Of a stretch of DNA of 64,000 nt, positions 1 to 14,032 are shown piece after piece (the stretch's first letter is position 1; each line of letters opens with the position of its first letter). Both the position numbers and the translations under genes were made by a program. Below the pieces are notes generated by a model. That model searched no databases, had not been told where the DNA came from, and saw only the letters and a list, made by a program, of their open reading frames with translations. Source of the DNA: Candidatus Eiseniibacteriota bacterium (GTDB lineage: Bacteria > Eisenbacteria > RBG-16-71-46); the NCBI GenBank assembly GCA_963717935.1, contig CAVQXP010000001.1, forward strand, positions 160,001 through 224,000. Direction: 5' to 3'.

Positions 1-141
1 TCGTCGAAGTATCCCATCGAGGAACTGACGGACGCGGGCGTGGACATGACGACCCCGGCGCCCTTCGGCGCGGCGATGAAGGAGATGAACGGCATCATGG
101 ACGAGATGGAGAAGTTGCTCGCCGGAAAGCCGGGGAAGTAG
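1..141 (+). CDS. pepF: Oligoendopeptidase F paralog, C-terminal end (runs off window start)
   Basis: Frame 1 reads SSKYPIEELTDAGVDMTTPAPFGAAMKEMNGIMDEMEKLLAGKPGK*, near-identical to the C-termini of the next two genes. Confidence 0.85.
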   Translation, partial: SSKYPIEELTDAGVDMTTPAPFGAAMKEMNGIMDEMEKLLAGKPGK

Positions 142-172
142 CCCCGCAGCCCCCCACTCCAAGGAGCTTCGC

Positions 173-2074
173 ATGACGACACGACGCCTTTCCCTGATTC
201 TCGCCGCGGCGCTGACGGCCGTGTTCCTCGTCGTCCCCGCGCTGGCCGAGGAACGCTCCGCCGTCCCGGACCGCTACAAGTGGAAGACCACCGATCTCTA
301 TCCGTCCGAGGACGCCTGGTACCGGGCGAAGGACGAGATCGCCGCGCGCGTCCCGCAACTGGCGTCGTTCCGGGGCCGGCTGGGGGAGTCGGCGGACGCG
401 CTCTACACCGCGTCCTCGACCATGTCGGCGCTCTGGCTGGACCTGGAGCGCCTGCTCGTCTACGCCAGCATGCGGCAGGACGAGGACCTGCGCGTGGCCG
501 GGCCCCGCGAGATGAGCCAGGCCGCGCAACAGCTCGCCGTGCAGGCCGGGGCCGCCACCTCGTGGGTCACGCCGGAGCTCCTGGCGCTGGGCGCCGAGAA
601 GGTGAACGCGCTCGTGGCCGCCGACCCGCGGCTGGCGCCGTACAAGCCCGGGTTCGACGACCTCCTGCGCGCGGCGCCGCACACCCTCAGCGCGGCCGAG
701 GAGAAGCTCTCCTCCCAGACCGGCATGATGTCCGGTAGCGGGGGCCGCGTCTTCGGCACGTTCACCAACGCGGACTTCCCCTACCCGGAGGTCACGCTGT
801 CGACCGGCGAGAAGGTGCGCCTCGACGCCGCCGGGTACAACCGGTACCGGAGCCTCCCGGACCGCGAGGACCGCAAGCTGGTCTTCCGGGCCTACTGGTC
901 GAAGGCCAGGGAATTCGAGCGCACCCTGGGCACGACGCTCGACGCCCAGGTGCGGGCGCGCCTCTTCACCAAGGAGACCCGCAAGTACGGTTCGTGCCTC
1001 GAAGCGGCGCTGTTCGATGCGAACGTCCCCACCAGCGTGTACCACCAGCTCATCACCGACGCGCACGCCAACCTGCCGACGCTGCATCGCTACCTCCGGC
1101 TGCGCCAGCGCATGCTGGGCGTGGACACGCTGCGCTACGAGGACTTCTACGCCTCGGTCGTCAAGGCCGTGGATCTCCGATTCACGCCCGAACAGGCCAT
1201 GGAGGCGACGCTCAAGGCCGTCGCCCCGTTGGGCCCGGACTACGTCGCCGTCCTGAAGAGCGGCTTCGACAGCGGCTGGGTGGACTTCATGCCCACGACG
1301 GGCAAGCGCTCGGGCGCCTACTCGACCGGCGTCTATGGCGTGCACCCCTATCAGCTCCAGAACTTCACCGGGCTCTACGAGCAGGTCGGGACGCTGGCCC
1401 ACGAGGCCGGCCACTCGATGCAGACGTACCTGTCGGACAAGGCCCAGCCGTATCCGACGCACGACTACAAGATCTTCGTGGCGGAAGTCGCCTCGACGCT
1501 GAACGAGAACCTGCTGCTGCAGCACATGCTGGCCCAGACCAAGGACCGCGACACGCGCCTGTACCTGCTCGGCTCGGCCCTCGACAACATGCGGGGGACG
1601 CTCTTCCGGCAGGCGTTGTTCGCGGAGTTCGAGTTGAAGTTCCACGAACTGGCGGAGAAGGGCGAGCCGCTGACGGGCGAGAAGCTCAGCGCCCTGTACC
1701 TCAGCCTGATCAAGGAGTACTACGGGGTCGCCCAGGGCGTCTGCGCGATCGACGACCTGTACGCGATCGAGTGGGCCATGGTCCCGCACTTCTACCGCAA
1801 CTTCTACGTCTACCAGTACGCCACGAGCCTCACGGCCTCCGCGCAGATCGCGGCCAGCATGCGCGCCGAGAGCGCCGCCCGGAAGCCCACGACCCGTGCC
1901 CGGGACGCGTTCCTCCGGATGCTCTCGGCGGGCTCGACGAAGTACCCGATCGAGCTGCTGAAGGACGCCGGCGTGGACATGACGACCTCGGCTCCGTTCA
2001 CGGCGGCGATGAACCGGATGAACGGCCTCATGGACGAGATGGAGAAGCTGCTCGCCGCGAAGCCGAAGCCGTAG
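173..2074 (+). CDS. pepF: Oligoendopeptidase F (M3B) with N-terminal signal peptide
   Basis: HEAGH zinc motif, GKRSGAY and HFYRNFYVYQYAT motifs; hydrophobic leader ending ALA; AAGGAG RBS. Confidence 0.93.
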   Translation: MTTRRLSLILAAALTAVFLVVPALAEERSAVPDRYKWKTTDLYPSEDAWYRAKDEIAARVPQLASFRGRLGESADALYTASSTMSALWLDLERLLVYASMRQDEDLRVAGPREMSQAAQQLAVQAGAATSWVTPELLALGAEKVNALVAADPRLAPYKPGFDDLLRAAPHTLSAAEEKLSSQTGMMSGSGGRVFGTFTNADFPYPEVTLSTGEKVRLDAAGYNRYRSLPDREDRKLVFRAYWSKAREFERTLGTTLDAQVRARLFTKETRKYGSCLEAALFDANVPTSVYHQLITDAHANLPTLHRYLRLRQRMLGVDTLRYEDFYASVVKAVDLRFTPEQAMEATLKAVAPLGPDYVAVLKSGFDSGWVDFMPTTGKRSGAYSTGVYGVHPYQLQNFTGLYEQVGTLAHEAGHSMQTYLSDKAQPYPTHDYKIFVAEVASTLNENLLLQHMLAQTKDRDTRLYLLGSALDNMRGTLFRQALFAEFELKFHELAEKGEPLTGEKLSALYLSLIKEYYGVAQGVCAIDDLYAIEWAMVPHFYRNFYVYQYATSLTASAQIAASMRAESAARKPTTRARDAFLRMLSAGSTKYPIELLKDAGVDMTTSAPFTAAMNRMNGLMDEMEKLLAAKPKP

Positions 2075-2080
2075 CCCGTT

Positions 2081-2119
2081 CCATCGCCACGCGGTCACAC
2101 CGTGGCCGCGTGGCGGTGG
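2081..2119 (+). other. Intergenic hairpin between pepF paralogs
   Basis: CCATCGCCACGCGGTCAC-acc-GTGGCCGCGTGGCGGTGG, 18-bp stem with G-U pairs, no U tract. Confidence 0.5.
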
Positions 2120-2147
2120 CTCCAGACCGCCCCGCAAGGAGAACCGC

Positions 2148-4037
2148 ATGAAGCTCGACCGTCGTCTGCTCCTCCCCTTCGCCGTCGCGACGGGGATGCT
2201 CCTCGCCGTCCCGGTCTCCGCCACCGAGCGCGCCGACGTCCCGGACAAGTACAAGTGGCGGACCACGGACCTCTACCCGACCGAGCAGGCCTGGTCCGAC
2301 GCCCGGGCCGACATCGCCGCGCGCATCCCGAGGCTGGCCGGGTTCCAGGGTCGCCTGGGCGAATCAGCCGACGTCTTCTACACCGCGCTCTCCAGTTACA
2401 TGGACCTCGACCGCGACCTGAACCGCCTGGGGGCCTACGCGAGCCTGCGCGCCGACGAGGACACGCGGGTGGCCCACATGCGCGAGCTGGACCAGACGGC
2501 GTCCGCGCTGGGAGTCCAGCTGGGCGAGGCCTCCTCGTACCTCTCGCCCGAGATCCTGGCGCTGGGGGCCGCGAAGGCATGGGCTTTCGTGGCCCAGGAC
2601 CGGCGCCTCGAGTCCTACCGCCCGTGGCTCGACGACGTCCTGCGCTACGAGGCGCACACGCTGAGCGCCGCCGAGGAGAAGGTGGCCTCGCAGTGCGAAC
2701 TCATGAGCGAGGGGCCCGGGCGCACCTACGGCATGTTCGCGGACGGTGACCTGCCGTTCCCCGAGGTCACACTCTCCACCGGCGAGAAGGTGCGCCTCGA
2801 CGGGGCGGGCTACGTCCTGCATCGCGCCTCCCAGAACCGGGACGACCGGTTCAAGGTGTTCGAGGCGTTCTGGACGGCCTACAAGCAGTTCGAGCGTACG
2901 ATCGGCACGACCCTGGACGCCCGCGTCAAGACGCGCGTCGCCTACCAGCGGGTCCACAAGTTCGACTCGTGCCTCGAGGACGCGCTCTTCGCATCCAACA
3001 TCCCGGTCGGCGTCTACCGGCAGCTCATCGCCGACGTGCACGCCAACCTGCCGACGCTGCACCGCTACCTGAGGCTGCGCCAGCGCATGATGGGCCTGGA
3101 CACCCTGCGCTACCAGGACCTCTACGCGCCCGTCATCAGGGAGGTGTCCCTGGCGTTCACGCCCGAGCAGGCCGTGGACCTGGTGCTCAAGGCGGTGGCC
3201 CCGCTCGGCCCCGGTTACGTGACCCCGCTCCAGAACGGGTTCGACGGCGGCTGGGTGGACTGGATGCCCTCGACGGGCAAGCGCTCGGGCGCGTACAACC
3301 TCGGCGTCTACGGCGCTCACCCCTACGAGCTGCTCAACTTCAACGGGGTGTACGACGACGTCGCGACGCTGGCCCACGAGGGCGGGCATTCGATGCACTC
3401 CCACCTCACCTCCGCGCACCAGCCCTACGTCACCTCCGGCTACAAGACCTTCGTGGCGGAGGTGGCTTCGACGCTGAACGAGAACCTCCTCTTCCACCAC
3501 ATGCTGAGCCGGACGAAGGACCGCGACACGCGCCTGTTCCTGCTGGGGAGCCGGCTGGACGACATGCGGGGGACCCTCTTCCGCCAGACCCTCTTCGCCG
3601 AGTTCGAGCTGAAGATCCACGAGCTGGCGGAGAAGGACCAGCCGCTCACCGGCGAGAAGCTGAGCGAGTTGTACCTGGGGCTGCTCCGGGAGTACTACGG
3701 GGACGCCGAGGGCGTGTGCAAGGTCTCCGACCTGCTGAGCGTCGAGTGGGCCTTCGTCTCGCAGTTCTGGACCCACGACTTCTACGTCTACCAGTACGCG
3801 ACGAGCATCGTGGGTTCCTCCTCGCTCGCGGCGAACATGCGCGCTGAGGCGGCGGCCAGGAAGCCCTCGACGAAGACGCGCGACGCCTACCTCAAGATGC
3901 TCTCGGCCGGCGGGAGCAAGTACCCCATCGACCTCCTGAAGGACGCGGGCGTGGACATGACGACGCCAGCGCCGTTCGCCGCGGCCATGCGGGAGATGAA
4001 CGGCATCATGGACGAGATGGAGAAGCTGCTGAAGTAG
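2148..4037 (+). CDS. pepF: Oligoendopeptidase F (M3B) with N-terminal signal peptide
   Basis: HEGGH motif, GKRSGAY, FYVYQYATS; colinear with the 173..2074 paralog; AAGGAG RBS. Confidence 0.93.
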   Translation: MKLDRRLLLPFAVATGMLLAVPVSATERADVPDKYKWRTTDLYPTEQAWSDARADIAARIPRLAGFQGRLGESADVFYTALSSYMDLDRDLNRLGAYASLRADEDTRVAHMRELDQTASALGVQLGEASSYLSPEILALGAAKAWAFVAQDRRLESYRPWLDDVLRYEAHTLSAAEEKVASQCELMSEGPGRTYGMFADGDLPFPEVTLSTGEKVRLDGAGYVLHRASQNRDDRFKVFEAFWTAYKQFERTIGTTLDARVKTRVAYQRVHKFDSCLEDALFASNIPVGVYRQLIADVHANLPTLHRYLRLRQRMMGLDTLRYQDLYAPVIREVSLAFTPEQAVDLVLKAVAPLGPGYVTPLQNGFDGGWVDWMPSTGKRSGAYNLGVYGAHPYELLNFNGVYDDVATLAHEGGHSMHSHLTSAHQPYVTSGYKTFVAEVASTLNENLLFHHMLSRTKDRDTRLFLLGSRLDDMRGTLFRQTLFAEFELKIHELAEKDQPLTGEKLSELYLGLLREYYGDAEGVCKVSDLLSVEWAFVSQFWTHDFYVYQYATSIVGSSSLAANMRAEAAARKPSTKTRDAYLKMLSAGGSKYPIDLLKDAGVDMTTPAPFAAAMREMNGIMDEMEKLLK

Positions 4038-4067
4038 ACGCCCCTGTCGGACGCTCCCGCCGGATGC

Positions 4068-4101
4068 GAGGAGCGCCGGGCCTCACGGCCCGGCGCTCCT
4101 C
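4068..4101. terminator. Hairpin between convergent genes
   Basis: GAGGAGCGCCGGGCC-tcac-GGCCCGGCGCTCCTC, perfect 15-bp stem. Confidence 0.65.
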
Positions 4102-4118
4102 CGCGATCGAGGCACCAC

Positions 4119-4450
4119 TCAGCGCGCGCGCAGGTCCTTCACGTTGATCTCCCAGACGGTGCCTCGCCGGGGGTCGTCGGCGGGGATGCGGCGCGGGTCC
4201 GCGATGTCCTCGTCCTGGAGGACGAGCACGAGCCGCGCCGCCGCCGTGCAGGTAGACGTAGGCGTGCTCCGCCGTGGAAGCGGACCTCCACGCCGTCGAT
4301 GAGACCGTAGTCGTGGTTGAGGATGCTGGCCTGGTAGCGCCTGTCGTCGACGCTCCTGCCCTGGAACGTGGCGGCGCCGGCCGCCCGCGCGGCCAGCAGG
4401 CCCGCGAGCAGGACCGCGGCGGCCAGCGCGAACGGTCGGACACGGCTCAT
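4119..4450 (-). CDS. Small secreted hypothetical protein (frameshifted)
   Basis: Signal peptide MSRVRPFALAAAVLLAGLLAARAAGA; continues across apparent indels as EHAYVYLHGG...LVLQDEDIADPRRIPADDPRRGTVWEINVKDLRAR*. Confidence 0.55.
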
Positions 4451-4580
4451 GACGCCCCTTCCGCCCGCCCGGGAGAAGCTCACCCGGGCGAACGGCTCCA
4501 GTACTACACCCCGTTCGGGCCGGACACCGCCCTGGACCACCAGCGCCCCCGAAGAGCCTCCGAGCGGCGGTCCAGGGCCT

Positions 4581-6118
4581 CTACCAGGACGTCGCCAGCG
4601 CTCCGACCTCCGCCTGCACGGCCTCCAGCACGTCGCAGCGCTCGACCGCGGCCCTCATGGCGTTGTGGTCCGGGAACAGCGGCCGGTCCACGTCGAGGTG
4701 CTCGACCACCTTGCGCACCGCGGCCTGTGCCGGCGCGCGTGCCCCGGCCCGGGGTGAACTCGCGGAAGTCGAGGGCCTGCGCCGCGGCGATCAGCTCGAT
4801 GGCCAGCACGCCGTGGGCGTTCTGGAGGATCTGCTTCGCCTTGAGCGCGCCGTTCATGCCCATGCTGACGAAGTCCTCCTGGTCGGCCGCCGCCGGGATG
4901 GACTGGATGCACGACGGCGTGCTGAGGATGCGCTGCTCGACGATGAGCATGTCGGCGGTGTACTGGCTGAGCATGAGGCCCGAGAACATGCCGGCGCCCT
5001 TGGTGAGGAACGCGGGCAGCCCCACGCTCAGGGCCGGGTTCAGCAGCCGGTTGAGCCGGCGCTCCGAGAGCACCGAGACCATGGTGAGGCCCGGCCGCCA
5101 CCATGTCGAGCGGCAGACTGATCGGCGTGCCCTGGAAGTTCGCGCCGGTCAGCACGCGGCTTCTCGTCGCGCACGAAGATGGGGTTGTCGGCCACGCCGT
5201 TCAGCTCGATCTCGAACTGCTTGCGCGCGTAGGCCATGAGCGTCGCGCAGCGCGCCGATCACCTGCGGCGTCGAGCGCATCGAGTAGGCGTCCTGGACCT
5301 TGACCTTGAGCTTGCCGGTCACCAGGTCCGAGCCGTCCATCACGCGGCGCAGGTTGGCGGCGCACTTGACCGCGCCCGGGAAGCCGCGCAACTCGTGGAG
5401 CTTCGCCTGGTAGGGCTTCAGGTTGGCGAGCAGCGCCTCGAGCGTCATCGCGGCGGCGATCTCGGCCTGGGCGATCCAGCGCTCGGCGTCGTAGAGGAGC
5501 AGGCAGCCGATGCCGGTGATGAGGTTCGAGCCGTTGATGGCCGCCAGCCCGTCGCGGGCCTGGAGCCCGGGCACCGGGATCCCGGCGCGCGTCCATGGCG
5601 TCCTTCGTGGGCATGCGCTCGCCCTGGTAGAAGCTCTCGCCCTCGCCCATCAGGCTCAGGGCGATCTGGCTCATCGGCGCGAGGTCGCCGCAGGCGCCGA
5701 CGCTGCCCTTCTCGCACACCACCGGGGTCACGCCGCGGTTCAGCATCTCGACGTAGGTGAGGGTGATCTCGGGACGGCAGCCGGAGTAGCCGCGCGCGTG
5801 CACGTTGATGCGGCTCGTCATGGCGGCGCGCACGTGCTCGATCGGGCAGGGCTCGCCGATGCCCGCGGCGTGGTTGTAGATCAGGTAGCGCTGGAACTGC
5901 TGCACCTGCTCGTCGTTGAGCACCACCTCGGAGAACTCGCCGATGCCGGTGTTGACGCCGTACATGATCTCGCGGGCCTGGATCTTCTCCTCGAGCATGC
6001 CGCGGCAGGCGCGGATGCGCTCCACCGCCTCGGGGGCCAGCGCCACGGGCTCGCCCTGGCGGGCCACCCGCACCACGTCCTCGATCGTCAGGCTGCTGCC
6101 ATCCAGTCTCACGGCCAT
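4581..6118 (-). CDS. hutH: MIO-dependent aromatic amino acid ammonia-lyase (histidine ammonia-lyase family), split by several indels
   Basis: [55 protein letters not shown] motifs spread over ORFs 5201..6154, 5149..5574, 5040..5237 and 4504..5082; substrate not certain. Confidence 0.85.
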
Positions 6119-6245
6119 GGAGATCTCCTCGGAGGTCGGGCCATCGGGGAGCAAGAATCCGCGGGAGACTACACCAACCGCGGCGCCCTGTCCGGCGCCG
6201 GGCGGCGGTCACCGCCGATTCGCCTATCGACTACGCCCTTGGTAG

Positions 6246-9280
<3,035 letters not shown>

Positions 9281-9317
9281 TGCCGGCCCTGGGACGCTCG
9301 CGGAGAGACTCCGGGAG

Positions 9318-11625
9318 GTGAGCGCGCCGGGCCCGTGGGCGCGCTACTCGCACTGGCTCCACCTGCAGTGGCCGGCGGGCACGGTCGAGCCATGGCCGCG
9401 CGTGCGCGCGGACGGCAGCACCGACGTCCCGGGTCTCTACGTGACGGGCGACCTGCTCGGCAAACCGCTGCTCAAGGACGCCCTGGACAGCGGCGCGCGG
9501 ACGGCCGAGCACATCGCCCTGGACCCCGCCCTGCGGTCCGCGCCGGCGCCCCCGGGAACGCTCGACCTGGTCATCGTCGGAGGGGGCGTTTCGGGGTTCG
9601 CGGCCGCGCTCGAGGCCCGCCGGCGCGGACTCGCCTGCGAGATCGTCGAGGCCGACGAGCCCTTCTTCACCCCCGCCAACTACCCGGCGCACCGGCCCGT
9701 CCTCGCCTATCCCTCCGGCCTGCGGCCGGCCGGCGAGCTGCAGCTCACGGCCGACGTGAAGGAGACGCTCGTGGCGGAGCTGCGCGCGCAGGTGGCGCGC
9801 GCCGGGGTCACGCCACGCCACGCAAGGGCCGAGCGGGTCGAGCGCGCGGCGGACCTGCTGCGCGTGATCCTCGCCGGAGAGCCACCGCTGCTGGCGCGGC
9901 GCGTGATCGTGGCCATCGGCCGCTCCGGCTGCTTCCGGCGGCTCGAGGTGCCGGGCGAGGGACTCGAGCACGTCTTCGACCGCCTGCACGACCCGCAGGA
10001 GTACGCCGGCCAGCGCACGCTGGTCGTGGGCGGCGGCGAGCGCGCCGCGGAGTCCGCGATCGCACTCGCCGAGGGCGGCGCCGAGGTGACCCTGGTCCAC
10101 CGCGGGGCCATCCTCACCCGCCCCCGCTACGGGACCCTCTCCCGCCTGAGCGAGCGGCTCGCCGGCGCGCCCACCGAGCCCTGGCGGCGACGCATGGACC
10201 GGGCGCTCATCCCCCGCCGCGCACCCGGCCCCGGCACCGTCACGCTGCGGCTCGGCACGCTCGTCGGCGAGATCCGCGCCGGGGAGGCCGTCCTGCGGCA
10301 GGCGGACGGCACCAGCGAGGCGGTCCCGGCCGACGCCGTCTTCGTCATGGTGGGACGCGAGGCGCCCGCCGACTTCCTGCGCCGCTCCGGCGTCGCGATG
10401 CGCGGCGAGCGGAAGGCGCTGCATCGCGCTGGGACTCGCGCTCTTCCTTCTGCTGTGCGCCGCCCTGTGTGACTGGCGGTCGGGCGGCCCCGTCGCCGCC
10501 TGGTGGCGCGCACGCGGCGGATTCCCCTCCTCGCTGCCGGGGCTTCTCGCGCCCGCGGGCGGCGCCCTCGCGCGCGCCGCGGCCGAGCCACGCACGCTCG
10601 CCGGCACGCTCGCCATCAGCGCCGCCGGCCCGTCCTTCTGGTGCGCCCTCGCCTTCTCGGCGCTGGTCCTGATCTTCGGAGTGCGCCGCATGCGCCGCCG
10701 CCGCACGCCCTACGTGACGGCGCAGACGCTCACGCTGGTGGCGGTGCAACTGCTGCTCCTGTTCCTGCTGCCCGAGGTCCTGCTGCCCTGGCTCGGCCAC
10801 AACGGCTGGCTGCCGCGGGGACTCGCCGATGCGCTCTTCCCCGCCACGCTCGATGCTCACGGCCGCGAGTACTGGCGGGCCTACGGCCTGGTGCTCGCCT
10901 GGCCGCTCCAGGCCGTCAACGTCTTCACGCGCGAGCCCCTGTGGGCCTGGCTCGCGATAGCCGTGGCGCAGACCTGCGTGATCCTGCCATTCGCGGTGCG
11001 CCGCTTCGGCAAGGGCGCCTACTGCGGCTGGATCTGCCCGCGCGGCGCGCTGGCCGAGACCCTGGGCGACACGCGGCGCTGGCGGATGCCGCACGGCCCG
11101 CGCTGGAACCGGGCCGGCCTTGCGGGACAGGTCGTGCTGGGCGCGACCCTCGCGTTGCTCGCCCTGCGGATCGCGGGCTGGCTCCGGCCCGCGGACACCG
11201 CGACGGACGCCCTCTTCGCGCGACTCTGGGACCGCTATCGCTGGACCGTGGACGTCCTGCTCGCGGGAGGGCTCGGCTACGGCCTCTTCTTCTGGGCCTC
11301 CGGACGCGTCTGGTGCCGCTTCCTCTGCCCCCTCGGCGCGCTCCTGAACGTCATGGCGCGCGCGTCGCGTTTCCGCATCCTCGCCGAGAAGCAGCGCTGC
11401 ATCTCCTGCGGGCTCTGCACGACGGCGTGCCACATGGGCGTGGACGTCATGAGCTTCGCGCGGCGGGGCCGCTCCGTGGAGGACCCGCAGTGCGTGCGCT
11501 GCGCGGCCTGCGTGCACGACTGTCCCACGGGCGTGCTGGCCTTCGGACGGACGGACGCGCGGGGCGGCCGGCCTGCGCTCGACTCGCTGGCGGCCTCGCC
11601 CGTGCGGATGCGCGAGCGGCTGTAG
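9318..11625 (+). CDS. FAD/NAD(P)-binding TrxB/YpdA-like oxidoreductase fused to a membrane NapH/MauN-like 4Fe-4S domain (frameshifted near 10430-10540)
   Basis: IVGGGVSG, IVAIG, VVGGG; then TM helices, CGWICP, CRFLCP, CISCGLCTTAC and CVRCAACVHDCP. The intervening DNA reads as hydrophobic coding sequence in-frame with the downstream ORF. Confidence 0.8.
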
Positions 11626-11659
11626 GCGGCGCCGTCCGGCTCACGCCGGGCCCCCCGGC

Positions 11660-13272
11660 TCACGAACCGCCGGGCCCCCGCAGGTAGGCGGCCTCGACGA
11701 TCGGCGGCTGCCCGCTCCTGTGCTCGGCGGGCTGGAGCACGCGGAAGATGCCGATGCCGTAGCCCGCCACCCGGCCCCCCACGTAGATCAACTCCAGCCG
11801 CTGCTCGCGGTCCCGGAACGCGGCGTCGTAGAGCAGCGGCTCGAGCTGGCTGCGGAAGATCTCGGAGATCCGCTGGTCCACGACCAGGTAGCGCACGCCG
11901 CCCCGGACGGCCGCACTCACCAGCGTCTCGTAGGGCTCGTCGGGGGTGACGCGGTAGCCGCGGTTGGCGTAGAAGGCCACCCAGGGCTTGCGGTCCATCA
12001 CGACCGCACCCGGCTCCGCCACACCCGAGAGCCAGACCCCCGCGTTCCTGTGGGCCTCGATCCAGCCGTCGAAGGGCGTGTGCAGATCGCGCGCGAGGTT
12101 CACTCCGCACCAGGCCACGCCCACCAGGGCCAGCACGGCCGCGGTCAGCCGCCAGGGCCGCCGCCCGGCGGCCAGCGGCACGGCCGCGAGGATGGCGAGC
12201 GCCGGAACCGCCCCGAGCACGAAGCGCGGCTGGACCGAAAGTCCGAGCAGCGGCAGCGCCAGCAGGTGGAGCAGGGGCACCGCCTCGAGGCCCCGGCGGC
12301 GCACGAGCCCCGCCAGCGAGAGCAGCAGCAGCGGCACGGGCCACAGACGCAGCAGCGAGCGACCGTGCGCGACCGCGTTGGAAGGATACTGGCGCACGGC
12401 CGCGGGACCGTTGCGCGCGAGCGTCTCGACCAGGCCCGCCCGCGGGGCCGGGGCCGGCGCGAGGCGCGGCTCGTCCTGCCGCCACTCGGTCACCACCGGC
12501 CGCAGAGCCCCCACCTTGGGCGTCAGCGTCCACGTCCCCAGCGTGGCGTGGAACCAGAGCCAGCACGGGAACGCGACGGCGAGGAACCCGGCAGCCGCGA
12601 GCCACGGAGTGCGCGAGCGGACCCGGTCCCGCAACGCGCCGCACGATCGCCGCCGACGGCGAGCGCGCCGGCCGGGACCAGCGCCTCCGGGCGCAGCGCG
12701 AAGGCCGCCCCCAGCGCAAGCCCCGCGGGCAGGCCGCGCGCAGCGCCTGCCAGCGCGAGCCCGCCGTACAGTGCCAGGAAGTAGGCCGATTCCGACATCG
12801 TGACGGCGGAGAAGACGGCCAGCAGCGGGTGGAGCGCGACCACGAACACGGGGAAGGCGGCCCAGCGGGGGCCCAGCGCGCGCCGGCCGAGCCACCACAC
12901 CGGCCAGACCAGCGATACGCCGCACACCAGGGAGACGAGCGCGGCAGCGAACAGGCGGTCGGGCACGAGCAGGCGCGCCAGCGCGATGAGCACCGGATAG
13001 CCGGGCGGGAAGATCGAGGCGAAGGGCTGCCAGGCCCGCAACGCCTCGGCGAAGCGCACGTACTCCGTGCCGTCCACCGTGACGAAGGGCTGCCAGCGGA
13101 GCGCCCAGAGCCTCAGCGCCAGCGCCAGCGACCGAGCCCAGGACGGGCACGGCCAGGCCGTCGAGCGCGCGGAGCGCCCGCCCGCCCCCACCGGGGCGCC
13201 GGGAACGCGCTCTCGCAGCCCGCGGGCCGCCGGGCGCCTCACGGCCGCCCGGCGGTCGGATCTCTCACTCAT
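11660..13272 (-). CDS. GT-C fold membrane glycosyltransferase (ArnT/PMT-like), frameshifted
   Basis: TM helix then VTVDGTEY, FPPGYP, MSESAY, LRPEAL; C-terminal soluble region with VRYLVVD. Confidence 0.7.
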
Positions 13273-13302
13273 GCGGGTGACCCGGGCGTCGTGGAGTCGC
13301 GC

Positions 13303-13807
13303 CTACAGCTTCTTCACGCCCAGGAACTCGACCTCGAACACCAGAGTGGAGTTGGGCGGGATCACGGGCGGGTAGCCCCGCTCCCCGTAGCCGAGGTCCG
13401 GCGGGATCGTGAGCTTGCGCTTGCCGCCCGACGCGCATGCCCTTCACACCCTCGTCCCAGCCGCGGATGACCATGCCGGCGCCGATCGTGAACGGCAGAG
13501 GCGTGCGCCCGGGGTCGAGCGAGCTGTCGAACTTGGTGCCATCGGTGAGCCAGCCGGTGTAGTTGACCAGCGACCGGCGTGCCTTCCTCGGCCATGGGAC
13601 CGTTGCCCACGACGAGGTCCTGGTACTTGAGGCCCGAAGGCATCGTGACCTCCCTGCCAGCCGTCGTCTGCGGCGCCGGCTGCGGCGGACTGCCCGGTCG
13701 TGGGCGAGGTGGACCGGGGTGGCGTGGACTCGCCCGACTTGCCCTGCTGACAGCCGGCCAGCGTGATGATGGCGAGCGCGGCCAGCCAGTACGTCGATCT
13801 CGCTCAT
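13303..13807 (-). CDS. FKBP-type peptidyl-prolyl cis-trans isomerase (frameshifted)
   Basis: [62 protein letters not shown]. Confidence 0.9.
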
Positions 13808-14032
13808 GGGACGCTCCTCTCCAGGTCGAACAGCACAGGGGTTGCTCGAGCGCGGAACGCTGCCACATCCGCCTCACCTCGGCAAGCGCCGGCGGGCCGC
13901 GCGTTTCCGGTCCGCCCGCGGCCCCGCCGAGCGGCTCAAGGCCCGGCGCACTCCTGCCGATGAATGAGTGAGAACCGGCCCGGGGCCCCGGACCGGTCCC
14001 TCGCCCATTCCCGGTTCCAGGAGGAAAGTCCG

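Noticed and set aside
95..2266. Long antisense and alternate-frame ORFs (also 15932..18844, 35362..39408, 55898..58156 and many others)
   Set aside because: Arg/Ala/Gly/Pro-rich shadows of real genes, or frameshift composites; expected at this GC content
4581..6118. Programmed frameshifting or pseudogene status for hutH and other split genes
   Set aside because: No consistent slippery sites, several breaks per gene, and essential genes are affected; sequencing error is simpler
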